From Nitrosopumilaceae archaeon (GTDB lineage: Archaea; Thermoproteota; Nitrososphaeria; Nitrososphaerales; Nitrosopumilaceae): a DNA stretch of 64,000 bases. Location of the stretch: positions 1,376,001-1,440,000 of the forward strand of contig OZ242274.1 in the NCBI GenBank assembly GCA_965207375.1, read 5' to 3'. This document shows, in pieces, positions 21,115-31,364 of the stretch (position 1 is its first letter; each line of letters starts with the position of its first letter). The notes below the pieces were generated by a model. It did no database searches, was not told the DNA's origin, and saw only the letters and a list, made by a program, of their open reading frames with translations. Made by a program: the position numbers and the translations under genes.

Positions 21115-23131
21115 TGTGCTTTTGCTTTGTGTAGCATTTACAGGTGGTTTAGTGCCAGTATTTGCATCCTCTGAACAGAACATGGCATCAGATGCATTGG
21201 CACAACAATCAAGATGGGACATATCTCCTGAAATACACGACACATACACATACAGAATATGTGAATCAGCCAAGACTTGTTATGATGCTGCATTTACTGT
21301 GATACACAGCACAAAACATACAGTTACCATGTCTGTGTCAATATCAGAAATACTTGGGGTATACCTTACAGGTACAGATGGCCCTTACAGATTATACGTA
21401 CCAACAGGATACGAATCACAGGATTCACCTACCATACACTATGCTGATTATACTGGAGAGCCGATACAGTTTGAAATTACATTTGATCCACAAGCCCATA
21501 AAATAATCTCTCATACTGCCCCCTACTCACATACGTATTTTCATTCAATCAAAAACACATTGTTTCTTTTGGGTGAGGGCATACGCATAGGGGACGGTAC
21601 CCTTCTAGAACATCCGCCTATACTTGCAGTAGGTGAAAGATGGAGCCGTGATAATGACGTAAATGTATACGTAATAGATACCGAGGGACACTATTTCTTT
21701 GAAGGGTTGCAATATGCTGGTTTGTTGTATATGGTACAATATTCCGACAGAACCGTACTTGCTGACTTTATAATATCTCCTGATACTCCACTCCCAATTG
21801 CAGCAGAGGTCACAGCAGATTATACTGAAATAAGTGAGGAAAAATACATTGACACACGATTCTGGTACAGACTGATAGATTCATCGATTATACCTAACCA
21901 ATCAAAAATGGTTTCTGATGTTACGCCAGATACAATCTTACCCGAACCGCTGTGCCTGTACAACAACATCCCAGTCAGTTGTCATGATCCTGGTACACCT
22001 GAAATAGTCCTGCCTGACCCGCCGATGGTACCTCATACACCAGAGGTTACCACAAACAAAACAGTCGATTTTACCGTATTGCCTCCGGAGATAATTACAA
22101 AAATCCTAAACAGTACAGAGTCAGAACTAGAGGAATTATTTGAATTGTTCCTGAAATATATTGGACAAAAGCCATCCTTTGAGATAACTCTGAATACAGA
22201 TTCAGACACATACACACATGGTGACGAAATCATATTCAGCGGTACAAGCTCTAGTGTAGTATCTGATACAGCCCAGATAATGATATACGATGTACACAAT
22301 GCAACTATTGCCTCTGTACCAGTTACAGGTATAGACGGTACATATTCTACCAGTATAGACACTAATGGTTGGGATGTACATGGTGTATTTGGCGCTACTA
22401 TATCACATGATACTCTAAAAAGTCAGGTATTCTTTGAAATAAAACCAGACGACAGGCGTGTAACAGTTGATGGCAGGTTGACAGATGGAATTGATACAGG
22501 AGATGGATATGTAGTAATACATCTAAAGGCGGGCTCTGCCACTGAGATACTAGTTACATTTTCACGCACCGTACTAGATTCTGTATCTGACGGCAAAACT
22601 GCACCGTTTGAGATACTAGTTGACAGTCAATCCGTACCGTATGATGATTTTAGTACGTCTGCTCACCGCATCATTGCAATTCCAAACATACCCACATTTG
22701 CACATATAGTGGAAATGTTTCCATTAGGTGTTGAAAAACAAGCATGTACAGGTAAAGCAGCATGCATATCAGGTGTACTAGCTGAGGTTATAGATGGGGA
22801 CACTATCCGGTTACAGGACGGCTCACGCATACGATTCACGCTCTCCTCAGCTCCAGAATTGACACAGTCTAGTGGTATACAGGCAAAGCAAGAGATTGCA
22901 AGTGTCTGTCCTGCAGATTCGGAGGTAACCATAGACGAGGATGACGGACAAAAATATGATAGTTTCGGTAGAACGATAGGTATAGTGTATTGTAACGGAA
23001 TCAATCTAAATTCACATCTGCTAGAATCAGGCTATGGTACAATATCTAAAGAATTTTGCAAAACAAGCGAGTTTGGTCTGCATGACTGGGCGATACAACA
23101 TGGCTGTCCCGGCCTGTCAGATGTACCTTGA
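21098..23131 (+). CDS. Secreted multidomain protein with C-terminal thermonuclease (SNase-like) domain
   Basis: Signal peptide; EVIDGDTIRL, IRF, APE, DSFGRTIG, LNSHLLESGYG motifs. Confidence 0.8.
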   Translation: MYVYLSVLLLCVAFTGGLVPVFASSEQNMASDALAQQSRWDISPEIHDTYTYRICESAKTCYDAAFTVIHSTKHTVTMSVSISEILGVYLTGTDGPYRLYVPTGYESQDSPTIHYADYTGEPIQFEITFDPQAHKIISHTAPYSHTYFHSIKNTLFLLGEGIRIGDGTLLEHPPILAVGERWSRDNDVNVYVIDTEGHYFFEGLQYAGLLYMVQYSDRTVLADFIISPDTPLPIAAEVTADYTEISEEKYIDTRFWYRLIDSSIIPNQSKMVSDVTPDTILPEPLCLYNNIPVSCHDPGTPEIVLPDPPMVPHTPEVTTNKTVDFTVLPPEIITKILNSTESELEELFELFLKYIGQKPSFEITLNTDSDTYTHGDEIIFSGTSSSVVSDTAQIMIYDVHNATIASVPVTGIDGTYSTSIDTNGWDVHGVFGATISHDTLKSQVFFEIKPDDRRVTVDGRLTDGIDTGDGYVVIHLKAGSATEILVTFSRTVLDSVSDGKTAPFEILVDSQSVPYDDFSTSAHRIIAIPNIPTFAHIVEMFPLGVEKQACTGKAACISGVLAEVIDGDTIRLQDGSRIRFTLSSAPELTQSSGIQAKQEIASVCPADSEVTIDEDDGQKYDSFGRTIGIVYCNGINLNSHLLESGYGTISKEFCKTSEFGLHDWAIQHGCPGLSDVP

Positions 23132-23216
23132 TGATACCAGAAAACCCCACCTCTCAGGAGCAAAAATCCCTGTCTAGATCTAATTATGAATTATTTCTCA
23201 TGATAACTACAAAATG

Positions 23217-23519
23217 TAATGCTTTCACAAATGTTATGAAACAGTATAGACAATTAAATTATTTTTGAAAAATAATGTAAGATTGTATAATTAATACCTT
23301 AGAATTTATCTAAAGGTTTTTAGATGATTGTATGTTATATTATAATATCCGTCTCCAAGGAATCGAACCTTGGCAACTGCAACTTCTAAGGGTCCGTTGG
23401 GAACCATCCAGACGGTGATTTTATAATGACATAAACATCATTTTAATTTAAATTATAACGAATAATACTAAAAATCCATTTTATGGAAAAATTCTAGTAT
23501 GTCTAATATCTGAGTCATG
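23217..23519. repeat. About 300-bp non-coding segment duplicated at 61352-61689
   Basis: Colinear similarity from taatgctttcacaa to gagtcatg. Confidence 0.85.
23348..23415 (-). ncRNA. tRNA-like structured RNA, copy 1 (6-bp acceptor, 6-bp T-stem, CTTAGAA loop)
   Basis: CCGTCT GGA-TGGT-TCC CAAC GGACC CTTAGAA GTTGCA GTTG CCAAGG-TTCGATT-CCTTGG AGACGG A; covaries with copy 2. Confidence 0.8.
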
Positions 23520-23641
23520 TTTTGGTGTCAGATATTACAAATTATGTTTAGAGATTTAGGTGTGGTCTATTAGTTTTGTCATACTTGTTGAGACAATTTT
23601 GGGCATTTTGGGGCTTAAATATTAAATGATATTGTGGTATC

Positions 23642-24766
23642 ATGGCAAAACCTGTATGGTACGAATTAAGACCGTACAGAACCGATACTGATGTCGGTGA
23701 AGACAGCATGTTGAAACTATTAGATCATCTAGATAAATTTCTAATTGTCATATATCGTGACGAGTCATCAAAGATACGAATTTACGTTAGGACTTTGACA
23801 CAACACCTGTCTACCATATCCACACTAAAAGGCATGGAGGCAATATACTGCAACGAGTACCCGCCTGACTTGAACGGTATGACAGTATACAAAAAATACG
23901 GTATGCGCCGACACTGTGCATATAGCATAATTCCTAAAAACATGATTGTCACCTCAATATATCGTGCCATGGGAAACATGTCTGGATGTGCATTTTTGAC
24001 ACTAAACCTGAGAAAGGTAGATGCTGCACCTCCGATAAACGACTTTATTGCTACTTGTAATCGTGGACAGAATCCAGAAAGCAAACTAACAAACGCGCTT
24101 TCAACAGGTAAATCTGAAAAAAAGGCATCACATGTATCAAAGATGACACTTGCTAGAGAAAAACTAGCAAGTAGAAATCTGTTTTTGTGCAGGATGTTTA
24201 GTGGGGTCAAAGTATCTGGGGATGATAAAATAATTGAAGCCGTGTTTCCTTCAAGGGCGTTTATTTCAAAGAAAATTGATCAAAAACAACTCAAAAAAGA
24301 TATTGTCAGAAACATTGGATTTCCACTGTTTGGAGGGGATAAAAATTTAGTTCTTTCTGATTCTGAGATCTTTGGGTTTTTATCGCTTCCAAACAATGAT
24401 GATATCTCAAATGTAGAGTTTGATATTGGTAGGCTATCTTCTACTGCATCCGGACTTGCAGAGGGCTCATTTGGTACAGAATCTGAAAAGATACAGGAAG
24501 GTACCATACAGCAAGAAGATTTCTCAGAGTCTGAGGATTCGCAGGTGCCTGTAGAGGACTCTGGTGTACTGCGGAGGTGCAATAACAGGTTACGTCCAAT
24601 ATTGATAAAATGTGGCAAAATTATTCACAAAGTTGGACAAAATCTAAACTTGTACTTGAGGAGGTGCAATAACAGGTTACGTCCAATATTGATAAAATGT
24701 GGCAAAATTATTCACAAAGTTGGACAAAATCTAAACTTGTACTTGAGGAGGAAAAACAATGTTTAA
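23642..24766 (+). CDS. Hypothetical element-backbone protein with a duplicated 29-aa C-terminal segment
   Basis: Long ORF with element-type promoter; 87-bp tandem duplication. Confidence 0.7.
   Translation: MAKPVWYELRPYRTDTDVGEDSMLKLLDHLDKFLIVIYRDESSKIRIYVRTLTQHLSTISTLKGMEAIYCNEYPPDLNGMTVYKKYGMRRHCAYSIIPKNMIVTSIYRAMGNMSGCAFLTLNLRKVDAAPPINDFIATCNRGQNPESKLTNALSTGKSEKKASHVSKMTLAREKLASRNLFLCRMFSGVKVSGDDKIIEAVFPSRAFISKKIDQKQLKKDIVRNIGFPLFGGDKNLVLSDSEIFGFLSLPNNDDISNVEFDIGRLSSTASGLAEGSFGTESEKIQEGTIQQEDFSESEDSQVPVEDSGVLRRCNNRLRPILIKCGKIIHKVGQNLNLYLRRCNNRLRPILIKCGKIIHKVGQNLNLYLRRKNNV
24574..24747. repeat. Tandem duplication, 2 x 87 bp
   Basis: 24574-24660 identical to 24661-24747. Confidence 0.95.
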
Positions 24767-25067
24767 GGAATGCCGTATATGTGGATGGCAAATGCATCTC
24801 ATACATTTTGTTAGGATGGGGGATACTAAAGATGGTTTTTCAGACAATTGTCTTGCTTGTGATATTTTATCCCTTAAACAATATTATAAACAGAACCGTA
24901 AAATATTGAAAAAAGAAAATCCAGAATTTATGACAAAATATCAAAAGTTGATAAAAACTATAAAGAAAATGCAAGAGTTTGAAGTAAAATATCCGGGAAA
25001 ATTAGAAGAGATAAAGGGAGAAGCATTAAAGTGTTGTAAGTGGGACCCACACAATGAATTAACATAG
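24759..25067 (+). CDS. Small Zn-binding hypothetical protein
   Basis: CRIC...CLAC; overlaps upstream stop. Confidence 0.6.
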   Translation: MFKECRICGWQMHLIHFVRMGDTKDGFSDNCLACDILSLKQYYKQNRKILKKENPEFMTKYQKLIKTIKKMQEFEVKYPGKLEEIKGEALKCCKWDPHNELT

Positions 25068-25109
25068 TTTTGAGCATTAACCTCAAAGACTTTACATATT
25101 TTGGTAATC

Positions 25110-25210
25110 TCAGCTAAGCGAAATGTGATCCAAATTCTTAACCTGTCCCTGTTGTTTTCTTTGCATTTTGAAATAGATTTTGGCCTATTTTACCGCATTC
25201 GTTTAGCTGA
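25110..25210 (-). mobile_element. MITE-like repeat family A, copy 2
   Basis: Imperfect TIR TCAGCTAAGCGAAATG / CATTCGTTTAGCTGA, no coding capacity. Confidence 0.75.
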
Positions 25211-25256
25211 ATTGTCCATGAGTTATATAGTTAGGTTTTAGAAAAAAACCGACACC

Positions 25257-28200
25257 ATGTTTTACATACAAAAACAACAACAAATACAGCGTAAAATTAC
25301 TAGTTTAACATTAATGGCAATCATGGTTGCTGGTGGTATGACCTTTGCAGTACCAGGAATGACACCGGAGGCTTATGCTGCCAATGCAAACCTGTTTGTC
25401 TCCGCAGAAAACTCACTATTTGACAATTACATGGCAGGACCTCAAGTAATTGAGGTGGTAATAATTGATTCATCTATTTCTGATACTGATGAAAGCAAGG
25501 GAGAACCTGACGTTACAGTTAATGGCAACAACCTGAGAATGGTTCAAGCCACTGACGGTAACTGGTATGGTTACTTTGCTGATTATGCAATGGCAAAGTT
25601 AGCTGCTTCTGAACCTAATGGATTGAACTTTGGTGCAGGAGATGCAGAAGCTTCTGCTGATTCTATAGGTCTTGACACAATTGAAGCTGATGGACTCTTT
25701 TACAACGATAACAATAATGTCAACGTTATAAGAGAAGAAAAGGACGTAAACCAGAATAGAGTTGGTGTTGGTAATGGAACTAACGCAAATCCATATGGTG
25801 GTCAAATAGGCATCGATGAAGGTGCATGGCCATTCATCCAACTGTACAAACTAAGTCAAGGTGGCAATGTTGTGGTACAGTACAACAAGGGTGGTGACAC
25901 ACAAAGCACAATCCTAACCTTTGATACTGTTGATGACTATGCAGGTATAGAACTGGACAGAACTTCTTATCCACAAGGAGCACAAGTTCATGCAACTGTT
26001 ATTGATGTGTGGTTAAACATTGACCCAACTGACGAAGATTCATGGACGTTTAATACTGTAAATGGTACAGCATACTATCATGTCTATAATGACGATGATG
26101 GTGGAAGAGGTGATAACGATTCATTGAAACCCATTATCTTACTCGACTACACTAGCAATCATACAGTTAATTCTGTAGATGTTGGAAACTTGATGTGTTC
26201 AGATTGTGCCTTGAAATTAAATCCTAATGTTCAAGGTGATGATAAACACGTCATTACAATTCAGGACAATGCAGATTCTATAATTGTTAACAAAGGCGAT
26301 ACTGCCGATAAAGCAGATGCTTGGGTACGTGACGGTGTAGCAATTATAACGTTAGGTCAAGGCACTCAACCAGTTACTATCACAGAACAAGGACCTAACA
26401 GTGGAATCTTTGGTACTTATGACGAGTATGACCTATCTGTACTCAAAATCATCGATGATGCAGATAGAGACACGTTAGCTACTATCGATTACAATGATAG
26501 TCTAGTATCTGTCCTAGTCACTCACGCATTTGCTACAATTGACATTCAACCAGCATCTGACGTTTGGTACAGCGGTGAACTAATACCAGTCGTTCTTGTC
26601 GATGCTGATAATAACAAAAATAGTAGAGCAGACGAGGACATTAGATTAAGTGATCCTAGCTACAAAATAATTCCTAGTCTTAGGACTGGAGACCCAATTA
26701 CATTGGGTAGTGGAGTAGATAGTAACGGACAAATCACAGTGTACTATGACGGTATAGAAAAGAAAACAGATGTGAATGCATTCAGCGACAGGGCAATTCT
26801 AAATGATACTGTCCCTGACGGCACAGTAAGTTCAATACTAATCGATCTTGGTATTACCGGTGATGAATTAAAAGCCTCTTTGGTTGATACAACTGCTGAC
26901 AAAAACTACGGATACAACCTATTCAATTATGACATTAGTTCATTGCCTGAAGGCACTGTAAACATATCATTGGTTAACACCACAAACGGTGTATCAATCG
27001 ATGTTGATTTAGTTTGTGAAACATCAAGAAGTGGTCTAGAATTATTGAATGGTATTACTTGTGACCCACTAACAGAACCAACATCAATAGTAATTCCATC
27101 ACTACACTCCGATAGTGCTTACGAATCACAACACTTTGGAACAGCATTTGATACAATAGTTTCAGACTATAGCGTCACTTTTCCCAAAGTATTTAGCTCA
27201 CAAAAGCTAGACTTGGGAACTAATCCTATACAATCTGTACTAGATACAGGATCTATAGTCGATACTTTTGAACAGTTGAGAATTCTTAACGAAACCAGCA
27301 AGATCGGTACAGACGTTGGGGACATTTCCTTGTTAAGTTACTCTTCAACAGCACAATCATTTGCAAAACCAGGCGATGGTATATTTAGATTGACTATAGA
27401 TACCTCCCGTCAGGTGGAATTGAATAGCCCACAGACAGTATCATGTATTGACTGTGCGCTTAATTCATTTGGTGAAATCTTTGGACAAACAGTTCAGGTA
27501 CAATCAACACAATTATCTGATGCAGGTACAATCACAGATCTATTGCAAGTTCCAAACAATGACACCAAAGTAGGAATACTAATTGAATACCATAAAGACA
27601 ACGTTCGAACGTATCATGCAACCGATGCCGAGGCAGATCCAATCGTATTGGACTTTTTCGCATTTGGATTTGGTGATGACGGAAGAACAGCTAACCAAAT
27701 AGTCAGACTTGAATTGGAAGAATCTGGCGATAACACTGACACCTTTGAAGGCGGTCTTGAATACACCATGCTTAACCAACTCAATATTCTGGACGCATAT
27801 ACATACACCGGACTTGACCCTATATCTGATGAGCCAACATTTATCGTAATGGAGGATCTAACAGATGAGGATTCTCCTCGAGTCAATTATCTTGACCTGG
27901 GGGCAGACGGTGTATCAATACAGATTGCTGACCAACAAGAGGCACCATCACACTCTGGTGTGGTAGCACTTGATTCAGACAACTACAAGGTTGCTGATAC
28001 GGTGATTGTCACATTGACTGATGCTGACCTAAACGTGGACAGTGACTTGATTGATATATTCACTACAGTTGCACATGGACACGGTGGCATGTCTGATACG
28101 GTAGGTGAAGATGTAGAGTTTAATGGTGAATCCGTCAATATTGGTGGTTCTCCATTAGGACGATTACTTGACATTACCTTTGATGACCAGATATGGACTG

Positions 28201-30248
28201 TAAACGAATGTACTCCAATAGACGGATTTGATGACGGCTTGCACGATACAGGTTTCACACTAATTGAAACCGAGACTGCAAGTGGTGTCTTTACTGGTGC
28301 ATTTCAGATTCCAACAGAATATTGCCGAAACGATGCAAAATTCGTTGACGGTAAATATGTACGAGAATCTGTTATTGGTACTGACATTGAGGTAAACTAT
28401 GTCGACTTTAGAGACGCATCTGGCGAAACCATCGAAGTAGGTGATTCAGCAGGTGTACGACACAGCACCGGTTCAGTATCTCTTGACAGAACTGTTTATC
28501 CAGTTCCATTTGCTGAAAACACATTCAATTTGCATGCTTCAGCAGGCGATGACCAATACCTGCCAACAGGTGATGTAACAATTCACATTAGGGTTTCAGA
28601 TTCTGACTATAACATATCAGCCTCCGACGAAGATAAAATTGCAAGCGGTACAACGGGACCTGTAGAGGTTACTGTTTCAAGAGGACAAGCATCTAAAATT
28701 GTTGCAACAGCAGGCGCAGCAACTGCAAATGCTATTGCAAATGAGTATGGACCAATCACAGAGATTGCACCTGACGAGGGAATATTTGAAGCGGCTATTT
28801 CAATTAGTTACAAGGACGGTCCCACAAACGGTTGTCCAGAATACAACCCAGATGACGGACCTAACATATTCGCAGATGGATGTGTTCTACAGGGAGACAT
28901 TGTCACCGTAGAATATACAGATCCAACTGACGCATCGGGTGAACCAAACACTGTAACTGATTCAGCTACATTTGACTTGAGAAACTCCGTACTGCAATCT
29001 GACAAGCCAGTTTACATCATTGGAAGCGATATGATCTTGACTCTAATCGAGCCAGACTTTGATCTTGACAATGATGCAGCCGAGTCATATTCACTTGATC
29101 TAATCGAGTGGGATTCAGATGCTGCAATGGTTTCAATGGGCACATTGGGCGGTGCAAAATCCAATAATGGAAACGACTTTGATCCAGAACCATCTGATTT
29201 TAGAGAAACAGGCGACAGCACTGGAGTCTTCCAGGTTGTAATCGAAATTCCTGAAGAACTTGATGGTAACAAATTCAAAAGAGGTGAAGAAATTGAACTA
29301 GAGTATACTGATTGGGGCCCATCTGGTTCTAACTATGTTGGTGAAGCATATGACGACATTAATCTTACAATTTTCACATCAAACTTTGGTAGTACGGTGG
29401 AGCTAGACCAAAATGCCTACACTTGGACTGATAAGGTCTACATTACTATAGTGGCACCTGATCACAACTTTGATTCTGACTTGATAGATGAAATAGGTAA
29501 TACTGATGACGACCCAATAAGGATTGCAACTAAAAGTGCGGTTCTTGACAACTACAAGTTGGAAGAGACAGGCACTGACACTGGAATCTTTACTGGTGAA
29601 GTAATCCTTACAGGATTTGCACATGATGCTAATGGTGACGGCGAAACTGACGACTCAAACCCACGTACAGGTTACGGTAATGGTAACATTAAGGGCTTGG
29701 GTCCAACCAACGGATTCCTAGAAACTAAAGATAATGACGATCTCAGTGTATCCTTTGAATTTTCAGAGGATGAAATGGTAGTAGGATCAGCACTAATCAG
29801 ATGGAATATCGGTGAGGTTCAATGGCTTGAAGCAAGCTATGCATCTAGCGGTACAGGTGTAGTCAGAGTAATAGACCCAGACATGAATTTAAATCCAGAA
29901 TCAGTCGATAACTTTGAGATTGATGTCTGGTTAGATACACCTACCAGAGGTATTAACTTGACTGTAACTGAGACAAACCAGGCAACGGGAATCTTTGAGG
30001 GAACAGTATTCTTTACTGTGACTGACGAGTCTTCCGGACACAGACTGCAAGTCTCAGAAGGTGACACTGTCACTGCGGAATATACAGACCGCACACTACC
30101 TGAACCACACAATACATTAGATAAGCTTGACATTTTTGCAACAACACAGATTGACTCAATCATGCCTCCATTTGAGAGAGTACCAGATATCAACTTGAGA
30201 ATGGGTGATGCATTTAGCCACATGCTAGATAAGATTCTTCATCGTTAA
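25257..30248 (+). CDS. Nitrosopumilus-type S-layer protein (SlaA-like), C-terminally truncated
   Basis: RKITSLTLMAIMVAGGMTFAVPG, ANANLFVSAENS, GEPDVTVNG, repeated ETGxxTGxFxG; ends inside repeat B. Confidence 0.88.
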   Translation: MFYIQKQQQIQRKITSLTLMAIMVAGGMTFAVPGMTPEAYAANANLFVSAENSLFDNYMAGPQVIEVVIIDSSISDTDESKGEPDVTVNGNNLRMVQATDGNWYGYFADYAMAKLAASEPNGLNFGAGDAEASADSIGLDTIEADGLFYNDNNNVNVIREEKDVNQNRVGVGNGTNANPYGGQIGIDEGAWPFIQLYKLSQGGNVVVQYNKGGDTQSTILTFDTVDDYAGIELDRTSYPQGAQVHATVIDVWLNIDPTDEDSWTFNTVNGTAYYHVYNDDDGGRGDNDSLKPIILLDYTSNHTVNSVDVGNLMCSDCALKLNPNVQGDDKHVITIQDNADSIIVNKGDTADKADAWVRDGVAIITLGQGTQPVTITEQGPNSGIFGTYDEYDLSVLKIIDDADRDTLATIDYNDSLVSVLVTHAFATIDIQPASDVWYSGELIPVVLVDADNNKNSRADEDIRLSDPSYKIIPSLRTGDPITLGSGVDSNGQITVYYDGIEKKTDVNAFSDRAILNDTVPDGTVSSILIDLGITGDELKASLVDTTADKNYGYNLFNYDISSLPEGTVNISLVNTTNGVSIDVDLVCETSRSGLELLNGITCDPLTEPTSIVIPSLHSDSAYESQHFGTAFDTIVSDYSVTFPKVFSSQKLDLGTNPIQSVLDTGSIVDTFEQLRILNETSKIGTDVGDISLLSYSSTAQSFAKPGDGIFRLTIDTSRQVELNSPQTVSCIDCALNSFGEIFGQTVQVQSTQLSDAGTITDLLQVPNNDTKVGILIEYHKDNVRTYHATDAEADPIVLDFFAFGFGDDGRTANQIVRLELEESGDNTDTFEGGLEYTMLNQLNILDAYTYTGLDPISDEPTFIVMEDLTDEDSPRVNYLDLGADGVSIQIADQQEAPSHSGVVALDSDNYKVADTVIVTLTDADLNVDSDLIDIFTTVAHGHGGMSDTVGEDVEFNGESVNIGGSPLGRLLDITFDDQIWTVNECTPIDGFDDGLHDTGFTLIETETASGVFTGAFQIPTEYCRNDAKFVDGKYVRESVIGTDIEVNYVDFRDASGETIEVGDSAGVRHSTGSVSLDRTVYPVPFAENTFNLHASAGDDQYLPTGDVTIHIRVSDSDYNISASDEDKIASGTTGPVEVTVSRGQASKIVATAGAATANAIANEYGPITEIAPDEGIFEAAISISYKDGPTNGCPEYNPDDGPNIFADGCVLQGDIVTVEYTDPTDASGEPNTVTDSATFDLRNSVLQSDKPVYIIGSDMILTLIEPDFDLDNDAAESYSLDLIEWDSDAAMVSMGTLGGAKSNNGNDFDPEPSDFRETGDSTGVFQVVIEIPEELDGNKFKRGEEIELEYTDWGPSGSNYVGEAYDDINLTIFTSNFGSTVELDQNAYTWTDKVYITIVAPDHNFDSDLIDEIGNTDDDPIRIATKSAVLDNYKLEETGTDTGIFTGEVILTGFAHDANGDGETDDSNPRTGYGNGNIKGLGPTNGFLETKDNDDLSVSFEFSEDEMVVGSALIRWNIGEVQWLEASYASSGTGVVRVIDPDMNLNPESVDNFEIDVWLDTPTRGINLTVTETNQATGIFEGTVFFTVTDESSGHRLQVSEGDTVTAEYTDRTLPEPHNTLDKLDIFATTQIDSIMPPFERVPDINLRMGDAFSHMLDKILHR

Positions 30249-30353
30249 CTGTTTGTAAAAAGTCAATATACAAATTTTCTCCGGATTACCAGTGACCTAA
30301 AATCTCTTTAATTGCCATATAGTTTGTTCTTGTGCCAGTAAAAAAGATCAAAA
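30232..30353 (+). repeat. Repeat family B copy that supplies the S-layer gene stop
   Basis: agattcttcatcgttaactgtttgtaaaaagtcaatatacaaattttctccggatt. Confidence 0.8.
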
Positions 30354-30443
30354 CCTAGTCACGACGTTAACACTTACACTATATTTGATGTTATAGTGTG
30401 ATGATACCGTTTTGTATTTTGAAGATATGACTATCCCGTGATG

Positions 30444-30476
30444 GGTAAGAATTTGATTCACATTTTGCTTAGCTGA
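30444..30476 (+). repeat. MITE family A right-end fragment
   Basis: ggtaagaatttgattcacattttgcttagctga resembles 1655-1687. Confidence 0.55.
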
Positions 30477-30519
30477 CAATGCAGACAATCTTTATAATGT
30501 TAATAGGAGAAACAGTATC

Positions 30520-30732
30520 ATGAGCACAGTAGTACAAAAAAAGACATATTCCGTTTTAATAACTCCTGATCTTGAAGAGGGAGGATTTGTCGGTACCTGT
30601 GACGAGCTTCATGCAGTGTCAGAAGGAGATACATTTGGAGAAATAATGGAGAACATGAAAGAGGCAATGGAACTTGCTGCCGAAGAAGCAGGGTACACAA
30701 CGGATTTCAACATGCTTATCATAAAACAATAA
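30520..30732 (+). CDS. hicB: HicB-family antitoxin (paralog of 7541)
   Basis: EEGGFVGTCDELHAVSEGDTFGEIMENMKEAMEL. Confidence 0.88.
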   Translation: MSTVVQKKTYSVLITPDLEEGGFVGTCDELHAVSEGDTFGEIMENMKEAMELAAEEAGYTTDFNMLIIKQ

Positions 30733-30968
30733 TGACAAGATTTCCACGTGTATCTGGCAACTGGATGGTAAGATATCTATAGAGAAAGGGATATGTCATA
30801 ACCCAGAGAAAAGGAAGCCATATGACGTTACGTAATGAAGATCGAGTTACGGTCGTGCCAGCAGGAAACAAAAAATTGAGAATTAGAACTCAGTTTTCTA
30901 TACTGCTGTATGCAGGTATAGATAAGGAAGAATTTATCGATGATTACGAGCATGATCTGGTGAAATAA
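30732..30968 (+). pseudogene. hicA: HicA toxin pseudogene (in-frame TAG at 30780)
   Basis: MTRFPRVSGNWMVRYL*RKGYVITQRKGSHMTL...AGIDKEEFIDD, colinear with 7755-7991. Confidence 0.85.
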
Positions 30969-31029
30969 GCCTACAAATACACCGACAAATAAAAATACAA
31001 ACTTTTCAGGCATACAATACTTGTCGAAT

Positions 31030-31150
31030 CAGCACACCAAAGAAACATGATCTTGTTTGAAGAATCAATAAAATCGAAATACACTAAAAGAAACTACATA
31101 TCACAAATAAACCGATTCAAAACATTCAAGGGTGTATCTAGTACAAAGAG
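31030..31150 (+). pseudogene. Possible N-terminal remnant of a tyrosine integrase
   Basis: QRNMILFEESIKSKYTKRNYISQINRFKTF resembles, from recollection, thaumarchaeal integrase N-termini; next to a tRNA. Confidence 0.45.
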
Positions 31151-31364
31151 ATGTTTCGTAATTAGAAAATCACACCTAACAAGAGCAAAAATTTCAGATA
31201 TTACATTTAGACGATAGGATTCCATACCTTGAACATCATTATAAAAACACATTTAGAAAGATTTGAATCATAAACAGAAATTAAAAAAAACAGGCTAGTT
31301 CAGTAGGTAGCCTTTGTTGCCTGAAAGTCAAATTTATTACGTATAATAAGTATAAAATCCTTGT

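Noticed and set aside
23349-23415. tRNA-like sequence as a mere att scar or decayed tRNA
   Set aside because: Five compensatory changes and identical non-canonical geometry in both copies argue for selection on structure.
30780-30782. In-frame TAG in hicA as pyrrolysine or suppressor read-through via the tRNA-like RNA
   Set aside because: The RNA loop gives anticodon UAG, which reads CUA, not amber; no pyl genes are present; a nonsense mutation is simpler.
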